Part shown: piece after piece, positions 50,650-64,000 of the stretch | How positions within the stretch are numbered: the first letter of the stretch is position 1 | Layout: every line of letters begins with the position of its first letter | Assembly (NCBI GenBank): GCA_036172245.1 | Contig: JAYWIR010000005.1 | Coordinates: forward strand, 1,798,001 to 1,862,000 | Reading direction: 5' to 3' | DNA from: Raillietiella orientalis | Lineage: Eukaryota | Length of the DNA: 64,000 nt | Made by a program: the position numbers and the translations under genes | The notes under the pieces: model-generated | The model's database searches: none | What the model was told of the DNA's origin: nothing | What the model saw: only the letters and a program-made list of their open reading frames with translations

Positions 50650-53600
50650 AAACCAAGCTCTCGGAAGGGCACTCCTGCCAAAACTGGAGGTGGAGCCACG
50701 AGCATCGGGGGCGAGTGTTCGGATGCAGTGCCCTCGGGCTGAATTTGGAGCTGCGAGGCGAGAGAGTGTATCCCCCTCAGCACGAGAGCTGGCCTGAAGG
50801 AGAGCGTCGTCATCACGCGATACTGAAACGAAAAAAAAAAAGCAAAAGGAACGAAGCTCCACGAGGGACTGGGCATGTTGGTCTTGAGGCTGTTCCACGG
50901 GTGCGGCTTGAGGGAGGGAGAAAGGAAACTCGCTTTTCCAAGTGTCAGGAGAAAAGGCTCCCTGCCAAGGAGCACAACACAATGGCGAGGAGAAAATCCC
51001 CATTTGTGCGAGCAAAACCTAGGCAATCTGTGTCTTCGCAGGCACCGTCCATCCTAGTGACGGCTACTGTCCTCGGCAAAGCTAGATCGATGCTCTTCGA
51101 AGATGGACGCTCATCAGAGGCGCATCTTTCCTACTGGACCGTGGGTTCTGGAGAGACGTTCAGCCTTCGTATGGCTCCTCCAGAGAGCTCTCTAGGGGAC
51201 GGCGACCTTTGGCCGCGGCCACCTCAACTTCATGTAGGCTGGCAAGAGACCCACATCTTTATTAAGTCCTCATCCATAGATGATTAGATGTTGTAAAGAT
51301 CTGATGCGTCGAATTTTGAACAACGGCATGGAAGCAATCCTTCCGACCCTTTCGTTTCCTCCGCTTCTCTGGACTCCCCGGAAGGTTGCGCTCTGCGCGT
51401 GAGCAGGAGGCGCCACGTGTACTTCGTGGGCTGACTTGGCGGCTCACGTGACTCATAGTGGATCATGGTGACCTGAATCCGTTTTAGCAGGGAGTCAGGG
51501 ATGGTGTTCCCGTGGAATCCCTTGGTAAAAATCCGAAGCCCCGTGTGACACATTGCTTGCGATGCCGACTGTCATGGAGCACTGTTTCCCTCGAAACGTG
51601 GCGCGCACAAAAGGATCCGCAGCGCCTTTCTTGCCTCTTCGGTCTGTAAGCTCAACAGAAGACAGAAAAAATCATCTGCAAGCATCTGTTCCATCCATCT
51701 GAAGGTTGTTGTTCCAGCGTGCGTGTGTTCACGCCGATCTGCAGAAAACCATCTTCGTGTGCTGCAACTGTGCCAGTGCATGCCAGAGAAGCAGAAAATG
51801 TGGACGGACACTGCTGCAGCGAGAATTGTGGGCGACTTTTGAAGGAAGGATTGTGAATGACAGTCGAAGAAAAAATTGTGGGTCATTTTTGAAGCAGGAA
51901 TCATTCCGTTAATGTTTTTGCTTTGCCAATCTTCGGAATGAAGCCCAGTGGTGCATCCTCGCAACCGAGCCGAAGTGCCTGCAAGTTTGAAATGATTCAA
52001 ATTTTCGGTTTCTCTGAAAACTTAGGAACATTCTGGAACGGTGACTGCCGGAGATTCTCTCAGAGGCAAGCAGCAGTGCCTTTTGTTTTCCTTTCGAGAC
52101 GAAAGGTGGAGCAATTCCGAATTCCTGGAAGTTTCATCCCAGTCGTTCCGCACAGCTTCAGGTATGAGGTTGGAAGCTCTCAAACCTTTCCGGGATGGAT
52201 GCTCTGGATGTCTCCGGATGCTAAGATGGTGAAGGACAGGAAGGTTTCAGCTCCATTTTAGAGAACTGTCGTGAGGGGCCCCACTAGCTGCGGCTGTACT
52301 GATCGCAGGTCTGCCTTGTGCTCCCACGGAACTCAGGATGAGAGTTCGTCACCCTCTTCCGAGAGAGGGACGCGCTCTCCCTCCTTCCGGAACGAAGCTG
52401 CGCGCTCACTGTCAAAAGCTCAGTCATCAGGGAAAATGGATCAAGTTTCCCGTTTGTTTTGCATTTTTGGGGAGGCGGAAGAATAAAACGCCCCGGAAGA
52501 AGGTCTGGACCGGATGGACGCATGTTGATCGAGTAGGTCGGCTGGGTCCAGGAACTTGGGTGTGCCTCTCATCCTGCACTTATGGCTTCAGAGTGCATTT
52601 AGGGTGGCCCATGCCTAGCAGAAGAGCAGAGTGGGGACCTTTCGAAAGTGCAAAAAACGCATGGGGGCGGACCTCTTTAGCACGTTGGCTGTTGGTGGCT
52701 CGGTCGAAAGGGCAGCAGAGCCTCCGAAGAATCCAAAAGTCGCCACCGTGAACCTCCTGTGCTTTCAGAATGCTTTTGAGCTGCTTCTCTTTTTTTTCCA
52801 CACAAAAAAAAAAAATCAAGATCGAATGTCTCTCGTTTTTTTGAAAGACGTGCGCATGCTAGCAAAGATGAAGGAACCAGATGATGCACTCGAATGCTCC
52901 TAGGTCGATCGAGCGTGCTGCGGATGCGCTCCAGGATTCAGGACACGTTTCCAATCTTATCCGGAAGCGCATCCAGAGATGCACACAAGAACGGCAAAGG
53001 CGAGATACACAGATGAAAGTGTCTCATGATGAATTTTTGTAATCAAAATCTGCAAATTGCTGAGTGCCCCCGCTGCGGTTCATCTTCCTCGCACGCTGGT
53101 CTCATGCGTCCAAGAATGATGGGTGCATTTCGCTCGGTCTGACCATCTCCCGTTGAAAGGAATCGATCCCGACTCGATTTCTGCCCAGACAGAAGACGAA
53201 ATGGCAAATTCGGGATCCACGTTTTCTTGTGAAGGCGTGGCTTCCGGCACGAGGAGCAAGGCGGCAGACAGCAACGTGGTTAAGATGATGCACTAGGATC
53301 GCAAGCTTCTTTCGAAGTGCGGATAGATGGCGCGCCGAGGAACGCGACTTGGTTCGCTATTAACCAGGCAGGATGATTTAGAGATGCCAAAGCCGATGCA
53401 AGAGGAAGCGCTCTTCCACCTCCGGGAACGGTTGTGCCGCAGCCAATGGAGCACGAATCCGGTTGCTTTTCACGAGCCTGACAAGGAGGAAAATCTAGAT
53501 GAAAATTCGGAAACGGCCATCTCCATTCCCGTTCTCCATTTGAAGCATGTCTGGTGGTCGCCGAGCGAAAGACAAACGCCTCCTGAAGGCGCTTGCCCTC

Positions 53601-53978
53601 TGCGCTGTCAGCTGGCTTTCCTCAACTGAAAAAGCTACCGGTTGTCTCTGAGAAGGGTTTCAGCAGTCAGAATTCTTGATGTTTCTTTAAAACTAAGCTC
53701 ACCTCAAAAGAGGGACTCGATGCAGTGCTTCTCCAAGAAGACGTCATTGATCTTCCGCGCAAAACTGCAACTTCTATAAGTAATCTTGATATTTTCGAAT
53801 GCGGACGGAAACCTGAAATGCTGGTGACAACCCCAGCAGAGCACCTGATGCTCTGCTAAGGAAGGTCAAGCGAGGGTGGTGGAGCAACGTAGTTGTGATC
53901 ATCTGCAGGAAACGTTTACACTTCCTTTCTTCTGCTATTTCCTTAATCAATTGGTACTTTGCTCACCGCAGGCGGAGG

Positions 53979-54860
53979 TCATGGAAATTCAGGAATCACA
54001 GTGGGATGTTTCCTGATAATTCCCAGATACCAAACCAGAGGTAAGGGCAAAGCTCCCGGATCCAGGAGGTCGGCGAGCAGCTGAAAGTGAGAGAGAATGG
54101 TCATCACCGTTTTTTTGCGTTGGGTGGGCAGAGTACTCTGACGCTCACTGATGACGACAGCGGTGCGACTTTTCTTCTCCTTCCGCCCCTCTGTGAGCGA
54201 GGGACTCCCAGACCAAGAGCGGGAGAGAAGTTCCGAGGACTTCTGGAACGGAATGCAGGGGGGATTCCAGTATTGCTGCGATTCCTGGAACTGTCGTAAT
54301 CGACTTCCCTGGAGAGCCCCATAGTGGATCTGTGCGACAGCTGCATTCCTCGCGAAAGTTCCGTAAGAAACTGCCTCCGAGAGACTCTTGCAGGGAGGGA
54401 GAGCTTCACGAAATGCGTTGGAAGCAGCAATCTTGATTCGCATTTGCATCAGAATGCGTCTTCCCAGAAAGCATTCGATAGAGCTCGCCGTGCTTTGACG
54501 TGCGGCGCCCATGGCTGGGTCCGGGGTTCTCAGTGAGAGACAAGGGTGTGCGGTGGCAGTTTGTTGCGTGGGTGAGGACCGCAGGATCTGTTCCTTGCTG
54601 CAGGTGTCGCTCTCTATCAGAGGAATGTGATGTTGAGGCGGCTGCAAGCTCAGAATGCGAAGACCACGTAGCGTGATGCTCTTTAGCATCGCGGAGAGAG
54701 CCTCTATCTCTGAACGGGAGGAGGAGCAACCTTTGGGGGGCCCGATGGTCTCTGACACAGAAACAGGGAGTCCGACAAATGGGATATCGGCAGCGTCTGC
54801 TGCTTGTAAAACGCGGCCTACGAGACGGATTGGCAAGTAGGCGAGAGACGCCTTCATCAC
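53979..54860 (-). pseudogene. Longest ORF in the window; probably decayed post-RT LINE ORF2 sequence
   Basis: IRLVGRVLQAADAADIP resembles the L1-clade LSxxGRxxL motif; nothing else recognisable. Confidence 0.3.
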
Positions 54861-55546
54861 CCAAGCTCGGAGAGATCAGGAGGTGGCGGCGTGAGTAGCA
54901 TCCCAGGTGGGATACAACCGTGCATCCAGCAAACGTTCCCTAGTGGGTGGGTGAAGGTGAGCAGCGTCAGCCACCGCTCTTTGAACGTGCCAGGGAGGTG
55001 GGTTTGGCGCAGTGGAAAAACGGAAGCGTCATGAAACGAAGGGAAGTCACTGACGCCTTTTCAAGAAATTGTCAAGGTCGCTCTTCCAAGGAGAACGGGG
55101 TCAATGGTCACGTATTTTATCAAAAAGTTTCCCGAAGGGACGTGCGAGAAGGAAGTCGCTGTCCTGGAAATTCTTCAGTAGAATATCGAGTGTTCCACTC
55201 GAAAGAAGCACCGCCTTCCTGCGAGTTTCGAAGCTTCTGGATCTTTTAAGTGCTCACCATTAGACGCAGAGGAAGAGGAGGCACGGACGAACGAAGTGGA
55301 GGACAGCGTTCGAGTGAAAGCAGCAAGGAAAGGCGACCTCTGCGGAGGCGACCTGGATGGAAATGCGCGCACATCTCGGCCCGAGGAACTTTCGAGCCGC
55401 AACATCTAGAGACCCACACTGCCTCCCATCTCTCTGCATTGGCTCTTTCTCGGTTCCTGAAGCCACAAACTCCCTCCTGGTCCTCAGAGGATATTTTGAT
55501 AGACAGCCGATGCACCTGAGGAGCGCAGTGCAACTTCTGCTCAGGA

Positions 55547-56579
55547 CACGGCAAGGTGGCCGGCCCTGGACGTGGCACCCCTTGTCGCAGCGCTGTCTGC
55601 CCTCAGGGCAACAGGCGACAGTGGTCCACCGGCAAGGTGGGACTTTTCTTGTACCATCGCGAGAAGGACAACACTCCTGGAAGGCTGGAAGACACGCGAG
55701 CTGGTGGATGCTGCCACTCCGCGATCTGTGGTGAACGGATTTCTTTGGTGGGCGAACTTTCGGGTGTTGCCTCCAAAGAACTTGCTGTCCCTCTTCATTA
55801 CCTGGGCGCTTCTGCGTTCCCACTTTCCTGGAAGTAGGCTGTGCTTCTCTTCCTCCACTGTGATTTCGGTGCAACGAGCGCCAACACCAGGTTTGCTCAG
55901 GAGTTTCATCCCCGAACTGTGACAAGACTGCAGACTGTGGTGCCCTCCAGGCAGTGGCGGAGGATGGCATCAGCGCTCTTGCACTAGGAGTACGCCGCTC
56001 GTGTCCTGCTAAGGCGGTTCTTCTCACCGTACGGACTTTCGACTGGTGTGGTGATCTCAGCCATCGGTTGGGTGGGTGCCATCGTCACAGCCCACCATGT
56101 TCTGGAGACGGAGATGCAGAGAAAAGAGGACACCGGGATAGCCGCCTACACGAGGACAGCAGCAAGGTGGCCTCACCTGCAAGAGGAAGACAAAGAGGAT
56201 CGTCTGGGTTTAGCACCGGTTTTGAAACGAAGGAGTGGTGGACAGGACACTGGTGACCTTTGTCCCTAGCCTCTTCTTATTTTATTTTTGTTTTTTTTTG
56301 CCCACTCGCTTTCTCTCCGGACTTTTTCCGGTATTTTAGATGTTTATTCCTGTGTCTGCGGAGCTACACCGAAGACTCTTGCCCCATCTCTCTCTCACTT
56401 TCTAATTTTTTTTTTCGTGTTCTTCTTCTCCTCCATTCCGTTCCAAGCCTCCGAATTTTCCGATCTGCGTGTAGGTGGACTCGTCCCTTGAGCTTCTTTT
56501 GTCTTTGATTGGGGGCTGCATGTTCCCAACTGGTTTATTTTTATAAAATGAACGCGGCCGGATGGGTGACCGGGTGAAA
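55547..56579 (+). mobile_element. 5'-truncated family-B LINE with 15-bp TSD
   Basis: PLVAALSALRA...TAARWPHLQEE; terminal CCGG..GACCGGGTGAAA; TSD AACTTCTGCTCAGGA 55532-55546 / AACTTCAGCTCAGGA 56580-56594. Confidence 0.85.
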
Positions 56580-56616
56580 AACTTCAGCTCAGGAAAATCC
56601 TCGAGATGCCCAAAGG

Positions 56617-57347
56617 ATTTAATCCGGTCACACCGGGACGTTTATTTCGTTAAAAAAGCAAGACAAACTACAAGTTTTAGGGAAGATGTATCTCCAGGAA
56701 AAAGCAAGAAAAGCCATAAAAAAAAAAAAAATTCATCCGGAATGACTACCGGGACACAGGTCGGCTTCCAAAAAAAAGGTAACGGGAGAGGGGACAATAA
56801 ATAAATGTCCATACAGGAGTCTTTGCTGACAAACGTTCCATTTCTTCTAGAAGCGACCGTGGATGGTGCCGATTTCCCTGGTGACTTCTGGTAGGTGAGG
56901 CCACCTTGCTGCTGCCCTCATGAGGGCTGCCGCTATGCTGGTAGTCTCTTCTTGTCGCGAACTTCTAGCACTTGGCGGACTGTCACGATGGCACGGATGC
57001 AGAAGAGTGTTGCCATTCTTCAGCCCACCTTCGGTGAAGTGCTGCAGCAGGTTGCTGACAGTGTCTTGGGGTTGGTGAAGAGCCGAAGCGAGTCTCCGCC
57101 TCAAACCCTGCAAGTCACTACAGTCTAACAAGAGATGCGAAAGCGATTCCATCTCCTGGCACCTAAGACAGTTTGGGAAGGCAAATGCCCCGGAAAGGTT
57201 CTGCGCTGATTGCACTGGAATTTCTAGAGCAGGAACAGTGGAACATCCTGTTTCTAATGTAGCGGGAACACAGAGGTGTCCACGCAGAGGCAAAGGGACC
57301 AAGAGTTCTTCGGGGGGGCACACCAGGCAGCTCACTGCAGAGAAGGA
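56617..57347 (-). mobile_element. 5'-truncated family-B LINE
   Basis: ORF 56847-57371 NCLRCQEMESLSHLLLDC...AARWPHLPEVTREIGTIHGRF; terminal AATAAACGTCCCGGTGTGACCGG; probable TSD GAGATGCCCA(A/G)AGG 56603-56616 / 57348-57361. Confidence 0.8.
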
Positions 57348-58989
57348 GAGATGCCCAGAGGCAGCCCCCACCTCTTCTTCCTCTTCCTTCCTCCTCCTCC
57401 TCCTTTTTCTTTATTCGCTCTCCTTGCCGCTTCGAAGAAGCAACAGAGGGGAGAGCGCTGCTCGCCTCCGAGAAACGGCCATCATTAGCAATGATCAGGC
57501 TAATCAGGAAAGACAAAGAGTCCGTCTTGATCTCCTTACTTACTCCTCGGAAGAAAAAAAAAAGGACTGCTATCAGGCGGAGGCAGGAGGAAAAAGAGTT
57601 GAGGTTCCATTCGTACGCAGTGATTTTATCGGAATTCGGAGTCTGGAAGTTATTCGCATAGAAAGCCCTCTCATTTGGACGTGCTCTTAGAGATTTTGGA
57701 GAGAAGCGGCGAAATCGCCTATTCTCTCGATTGAATGCTGAACTGAAGAAACATTACTCACATATCTGTCACCACGTCACCCTCAGGGGAGATTGTCCTT
57801 CATCAGCATCCTTCGTCTGATGGCCTCGATTTCTCTTGCGTGCTGCCTCTCGGATGAAAAGGAACAACCCCTGTTGCTCCGCTGTAAGGAGGGAGAAAAT
57901 TTTCTCGGGTCGCTTTGTTGGGGTGCCGCAAACATCCAGCCCGTGCAAAGAGCAACGCAGGGTCAAAAAACAACTCCAGCTCATTTGAACTCCGGAATAT
58001 CCGTCGCGATATCTAAAGGATACCACGATCGTTACGGAAGATGAATTTCTAGAGTGCTTTGTACTCTATGAAAGTGCGATGCGTTCACTGCTTGCCTCTC
58101 TGTTGCCTTCGGCCAATTAGTCGCCCTCTCCAGAAATTGCTGATCTGTCGCGTGGTGGTCATCTTTTCCTGCAGCTCCGTCAAACGCGGCTTCGGTTCCT
58201 TGCGATCACCGGAGCAACAGCAAGGTTTTTTTATTTTTATTTCTGCGTCACTTGACCGATGGGTCCAGTGCTGTTCAATAGAAAGGGCCTTTTAGATGGC
58301 CCTTCCTGAACCACGAATGAAAACGTCTGTAAAAAGCATAGGAAATCAATAAGCAGGGTAAACGATCGGTTCCTATTTGTAAAAAAAAATCAGCTCATGT
58401 ACATCCACGTTGGAAACGGACCGAGACGAAGTGGAGGGCGTCCTCCGCACTCACCTCCGCTTGTCTTGACCCGCCCCCATGATGGCAGTTCTGGTTTCGA
58501 AAGTTCGTCCTCTTCGAGCGATGGGCACGCCTCAGTGTTTTCAATACCCGTCATGGAAATACTTCATTTTCAAGCGTACCACTTGCTTCATGATGTACTC
58601 CGCCTGCTTCTTGAGGATCTCCAGTTCTCTCTACACTTCATCGTTCCTGCGATCCCAGAGACCCCGCGACGATGGCACTTCAGGTCGCAGACAGTCCTCT
58701 GGAAGAAGCAGGGAACCTCTCCTCCAAATTTGCTCCCCTTTCCCCCATGTGTCTTCCAGAGACGTAGGGAAGCTATCTCCGATGGGAGCACTGTTCCTTC
58801 TCTTCGGGGCACCCAACCCATTCCTGGAAGAAGCACGACCAACGACTCCCAGTGTTTCGGGAAGATCTCTTGGTCCATGCAGTCATGATCCGCTTGCAGA
58901 CGCATCTGTTGAGGATGCGACCCAGAGGCTGCTGAGCTTCCGTGCGAGCGATTAGCAAGCGTCCCCGGTTGAGCGCTGTCCGCGCAGGT

Positions 58990-59380
58990 CAAGTTCGCGC
59001 CGCATCGCAGTCCACGAGCCGCTGGTGCTCGCCGCTGACACGACCTTCTCTGGATACGGATGTCTTGCAGCAAGGGGTGTCCTCGCCACCCTTGCACTGA
59101 TCTAAGCGCACTCGTATGCTATGTCCCCGGATGTGCAGCGGGCTTCCGGCCTCTGCACACGCCACTCGGGGACCGGCACTCCTTGTTTGCAGTCGGCGTG
59201 GCTCCGAAAGACCAGGCTTGGATTTTCGCTCCTTCCACGTCGGTTCCAAGCTGCTGAACACGAACGGGAATCCCGCCTCTACAAGAGGCCTGTTGCAAGA
59301 GGTTTCGCAGCGAGAAAGAAACCGCCCTCGGATGCGCTGCTGGGAACGCTGTGATAGACGGTGGTCCTGACACCAACGTA
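58990..59380 (-). pseudogene. Decayed endonuclease-like remnant
   Basis: Weak VRLDQ (RIDY-like) and SGEH (SDH-like) motifs in order. Confidence 0.3.
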
Positions 59381-62300
59381 CCGCGGTTGTGGAAGTGGAA
59401 AGCGGCTCCGCATCGCGACGAGTTCGGTTTCCTGCTGTCTTGGAGAGCGGATTTTTTTTCCGTGCTTACCCTTCGCAGCTAGCGATTTTCACTCACGTGG
59501 ACCACCCATCTTTTTCGTCCCTTCTTCCAGAAATAGCGCCTCAACCAAGCAATACGAAGCGAAGCTTAATTGCTTGTTCAGTGCATCTCCTAGGTTAGGG
59601 GCGCCATGGCTTCCCCAAAGCCCCTGCACGTGTTCCTGCTACTCCCAAAGAATCCACAAACCAAAATACCTTTCTCCTGTTGCCGACAGCACGAGATGTT
59701 TGATTGAAACCGAAAAGACGAGCAGAGATCCGTCAAATATCCGTGAAGCATTAGTGTGGTCGGCTTTCTCTGTAAGAACGAGGCAAATTATCATAAGATG
59801 AAGAGGATGCTTAAATGTTTCGGTGAATTCGCCGTGGGCACCTCCATTGGATGATGCATCGGCGAGATAAGCCGAGATTCTCAGTGTTGCAGTAGCAAGT
59901 AAATAACTGATTTTTCATTTGTTTCTCTGAAAAGGCAACAAGAAGGGTGCTGTGCGTCGCGCGGGAGACACTTTTGAATCTTCAGGAATCCATCCTGAGA
60001 TTCACACAGATTTCATGTTCGGAGGCTGGTGATCCCTTGACGCAGGACGTCGCTTTGGGGTCCGTCTTACGAAACGCAGTTGCTGTAAGCTGGAAGGTTC
60101 CCTGATGTGCAAATGCAGAAGGATGGAATGATGATACTCTGCCTCCGTATTTTGCTCTTCTGCATACAGAAGGGATTTTCACCTGCGGTTCCTATCAAAT
60201 CATTCCTCTGCTTGGGGTGGAACTAATTTGAAAGACGAACGTTCTTCTCGTCCGTGCATCAGCTGCACGCTTGCAAGCATCATCTTCCAGACTTTCTGCA
60301 CGGCATCATAGAATCTGGACCACTCATCTCCAACTGATCTCAAACGCCTCCCGGGATCAGGAACTCTTAGGCAAATTAGTTGGATCAAGAGTGGCGCGTC
60401 TCCTGCGGCGCACTGAAAAACAAGGATCGAGGTAACGGCTGGGGGGTGTCGGAGAACATGCTCCCTCAGTTTTTGCAGCTTCCTGTTTTCTCATTTTCTC
60501 TCTTCCGCCATCCCTGAAAGCGCAGAAGGTACAGCTGGATGTGTAACCAATCAGTCAGTGCGTTCATCGAGTTAGCAATTGCAAAAGCGCGCATGCAGGA
60601 GCGGCAAGTACGTTCTCGGCGCTCCTGGAAACTGGAAGGAGGAATGTGAAGGACGAGACCGCATTCAACTATTTCTTGGGAAGGGTTCCGGATGGCTTCC
60701 GATCTGCTCTTTTTGGATGAATACCTCGTGGAACCGAGAATGGCGAAGTGCAAACGTGGAGCTCCGAGCTGGCAGCCTCCGTGGCGAACGATCCGGAGGC
60801 TATTGCTTACGGTGGTGAAACACCTGGAAATCCCGGTTGCCCGGATGAATGCTTTCGATTCAGTATTCATGCGAGCGTGATCCTTCCTTGATGTTGCTCC
60901 GGAAGGGAGGAAGCTCGCTTTCCGCCGGTAGTCGCGAACGCCCGGTGCGAAACCATTCTGCCGCGCGAAAGGAGTGTTGAAAATCTTCCGTGTTAGGTGA
61001 GCCGTAATGTGCAGATGGCAGTTGGACGGCCGGAGGCAGGCAGCTGGACAAACGACCGCGATCAGCCCAGCAACTGATCACGGATTTCGTACCAGCGACG
61101 CGACCATCTTATCAGCACCGGAAAGGAAACACAAAGCGTTTAGGAGAATAGAGGAATCTGGCAACCATTCCTCAATTTCCGTTCCGTGTCTGTATCTCTA
61201 CAGATTTGCGATTTTACGAGAGGCTGTTCTGGATATTTTTCGAATCCCTGCATGATCCGCAACGAAAGTCGAAGATACTTGTCGAAAGTACTAAGGTGTC
61301 ATCAGATGCTTTTCTCAAGAATCATCACTACATCTCGACATGGTCATCTATCATCTATTACCAATGCAGTCACAAAAGGAATGTGCTCTCTTACTGATAA
61401 CAGTTCTATCCACTATGTTGAACTAAACAGTTAGTGCTATGTGACGTGATATGCGGCTTTTATTCAAGGTGCAGAGCTGCCCACTGATGGCACCTAAACG
61501 CGTTCTGATGCACCCGTCGTAGGGCTGTGGAATGTTAAATGCTACTCTCACAGAAAAGATTCCTTCAGGCCCCCTGAAGGTTGAGCGGTATCAGCGTTGG
61601 GAAGTCACAAGAGTTTCCGAAGACGCTGGTTCACATTTTGCAGTAGCAACTCTTCCCTGAACTGTTCTTTGCACCTTCTGATTCAGGGATGATTCAGGGA
61701 AAGGTGCTCACCTTCAGCTGCTTAGATGTTCCAGAAAACTGCAGCTGCTCGCTCTTCCACTTGCAGTCGATGGCAGCTGCTTCCAATATCAAAAACGGAA
61801 GCTCACATCCTAATTCCGAAGTCGCACAATTACCCTATCTCGAAAGCTGCTTGCTGTGATTGCTCGACATTGGAAGTCACTTGCTTTCCAGTAAGGCATT
61901 TACTTAAATTCTGCGTGGGATTTTCCTGAGCTTGTTACATGTCCAAGTCTACCTCAAGTGACCTCAAACCAAAGATCCCTTATTAGTCTCCTCCTTGGTT
62001 CTTCCTTAACTCCGCCAGTTAATCCTTTCCTTTTCTTTTTCCTTTTTTTTGGGTTCCATTCCCAAAGAGCTTGAATCCAAACAGAGGTTTCCATTTCATC
62101 GGGTTGCTCCCATTCTGATACCATTCAGTTGACTACCGACGCTCCGTTTTCCTATCAGAGATGTTGCTAATGACTTTTTTAGATGAATCCAAATGTCTCT
62201 TTTTCTGTTGGAATTTCGGAAAGGAAGGCGCGCTCTTATCTCAAGGAGAATAAATCATTTTTGAGGAAACCAAACAACACTTCTATCGATCGTGCAATTG

Positions 62301-63274
62301 TTCCAAAAGGTGCAAGTGCATCCTAGCACGGAACGAAGACATAACTACCATGCCTATCTGAGAACTGATAACACGTGAAAATTCAAGAACAAGAGATAAA
62401 GCTTTAAAACATACAGCATCGCCATGCAAGATGCCATAGACTTTTATGAAGCTTGCGGTTCGAAAGCTTACTTCGAAGAATGGTTGCTTCGACTGAAAAC
62501 AACCAGTCATCAGAATCAAAATAAAAACACCAACACAGATCGAAGCCGTGCATTTCTAATGACTTCGTGACAAACGCAAACAATGTGTGTTATCAATGTA
62601 AGAAGAATGATACGCAGCTCAAAGAGTTCAAGGCCTCGTGAGTACCAAGGCGATGACCAGAAAAATCTCTGGATGCTGATGCGAAATTTGCTGAGAGGCG
62701 ATCTAAGAAATCCGTCTAAGCTCGAGACTCAAGTTCACTCGCCCTTATCAGAAGTGCTGCGTTAGAGAGAGGAAATGAAGGATGAGGATGAAGTGAAATC
62801 CTTGCTTGGTACCTTAGATACTTTCCCAGCCACTGAGGATCTGCTTGATCTCCACGAGAGCGAGGATCGAGATGCAAATGCCTGAAAAACTCGTGAGGTC
62901 CCGGAAAAACAGTACTCTCCTTTTGCATCGGAACCGAAAGGCGCTCTTTATCCGTAGGGACTCACACGCTTCTGTTGCACACAACAGGAAACACGCAGTT
63001 TCTTTGATCCCATCAGTCTGAGTGGAGTGGCATGACTTTTTATTCAGAGCTCTTTTATCCACCTGATTTCCGTTTCTTCACGTCATCCTCGGGCTGCGCA
63101 AATCCACGTGACGAACTCATCGGCGTTCAGCAGCAGCATGACCTCGTCCGAAGAGAAAACCTTCTTGAAAAAACAAATCACGATTCTATTCCTCTTCATT
63201 CTGCGAAAGGCCAGCGATGATCAGCGAGGATCACTTCAGAGAACGACCCCATTTCCAAGCAAAATATGTTGTGG

Positions 63275-63960
63275 TTTACCACCTGGTTGCGCAGGGACGT
63301 TTATTATTAAAAATAACAAACATACAGGTGTAGGGTCGTCGGCCCTACATTGTCCGAAAATCGGAACTTGACGAGTAACCGGCTGCACGCAGACCGGAGA
63401 GGTTGGCCTTGGCAGCAGAGGGAAAGGGGCAAACCGAAATAACAATAAAATAAAAATCAATAATAATAATAATAATAAAACTCTGGGGAGCAGGGAAAGG
63501 GATCTGTCCTCTGGAGCACGTCCTCTGCATCCTTTCCAGGATGCCGGCAAGTTCCATCCGAGTGTGCCAAAGTGGGACCATCTTGCTGCCGTCCTCAGGA
63601 AGTGCAGGACCAAGCAGATGGCATCCCTATCGTGCCGTCCTCCTCTCGCATAGCTCCGGGCCGCCCCAAGCCCGCGTAGGCAGCTAGGGATGCCGCAGGC
63701 GAAAGGGTATCGCGCACGAAGAGGCGTCCCTGGGATTGTCCGTCGGTGGGCCACGTACGTTGCGTAAAGCAATCACAAGGGCCGGAGGGCAACGCAGTTT
63801 CTACAATCAGGTGCGAGAGAGACTCCTGTTCCCTGCACTTGCAACAGTTGGGGTCCACAGCCCTTCGGGTTTACTGAAACTGGCAAGCGTTGCATGGGAA
63901 ACCCCAGTGCAACAAGAAAAGTGCCGACTCCTGCCACTTCAGGAGAAGGGCCCACTCGTT
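63275..63960 (-). mobile_element. Family-A LINE 3' end (may extend past the window)
   Basis: NCCKCREQESLSHLIV knuckle; ELAGILERMQRT; stem-loop 63527-63544; terminal AATAAACGTCCCTGCGCAACCAGGTGGT. Confidence 0.8.
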
Positions 63961-64000
63961 CTTCAGCACTGGGGGCTACTGAAGGATTTTCCAAGGAATT

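Overview
Eukaryotic DNA, probably from an arthropod or other ecdysozoan, judged only from the GATCAAAGTGTAG variant of a U2 snRNA fragment. No intact protein-coding gene is recognisable. The window is a dense, nested retrotransposon graveyard with four components. (i) At least a dozen 5'-truncated 3' ends of L1/Tx1-like non-LTR retrotransposons in three families (A, B, C), showing a zf-RVT-like CxxC...E(T/S)xxHLLxDC knuckle and several 14-16 bp target-site duplications (TSDs). They end in a polyA signal + GC hairpin + 1-3 A instead of a poly(A) tail. (ii) About nine copies or fragments of a ~0.7 kb tRNA-headed SINE with A/B boxes 44 nt apart and an A-rich tail; family-A LINE ends have inserted into it repeatedly. 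(iii) Older, heavily decayed endonuclease/RT/ORF1 remnants. (iv) An AT-rich degenerate satellite holding a U2 snRNA fragment split at the known Utopia/Keno target site by a 63-bp insert. Also present are a 131-bp-arm foldback, a 40-bp hairpin, a 56-bp tandem repeat, purine tracts and one candidate host exon. Most ORFs in the supplied track are spurious or pieces of dead elements. All alignments were made by eye; no database searches were run.
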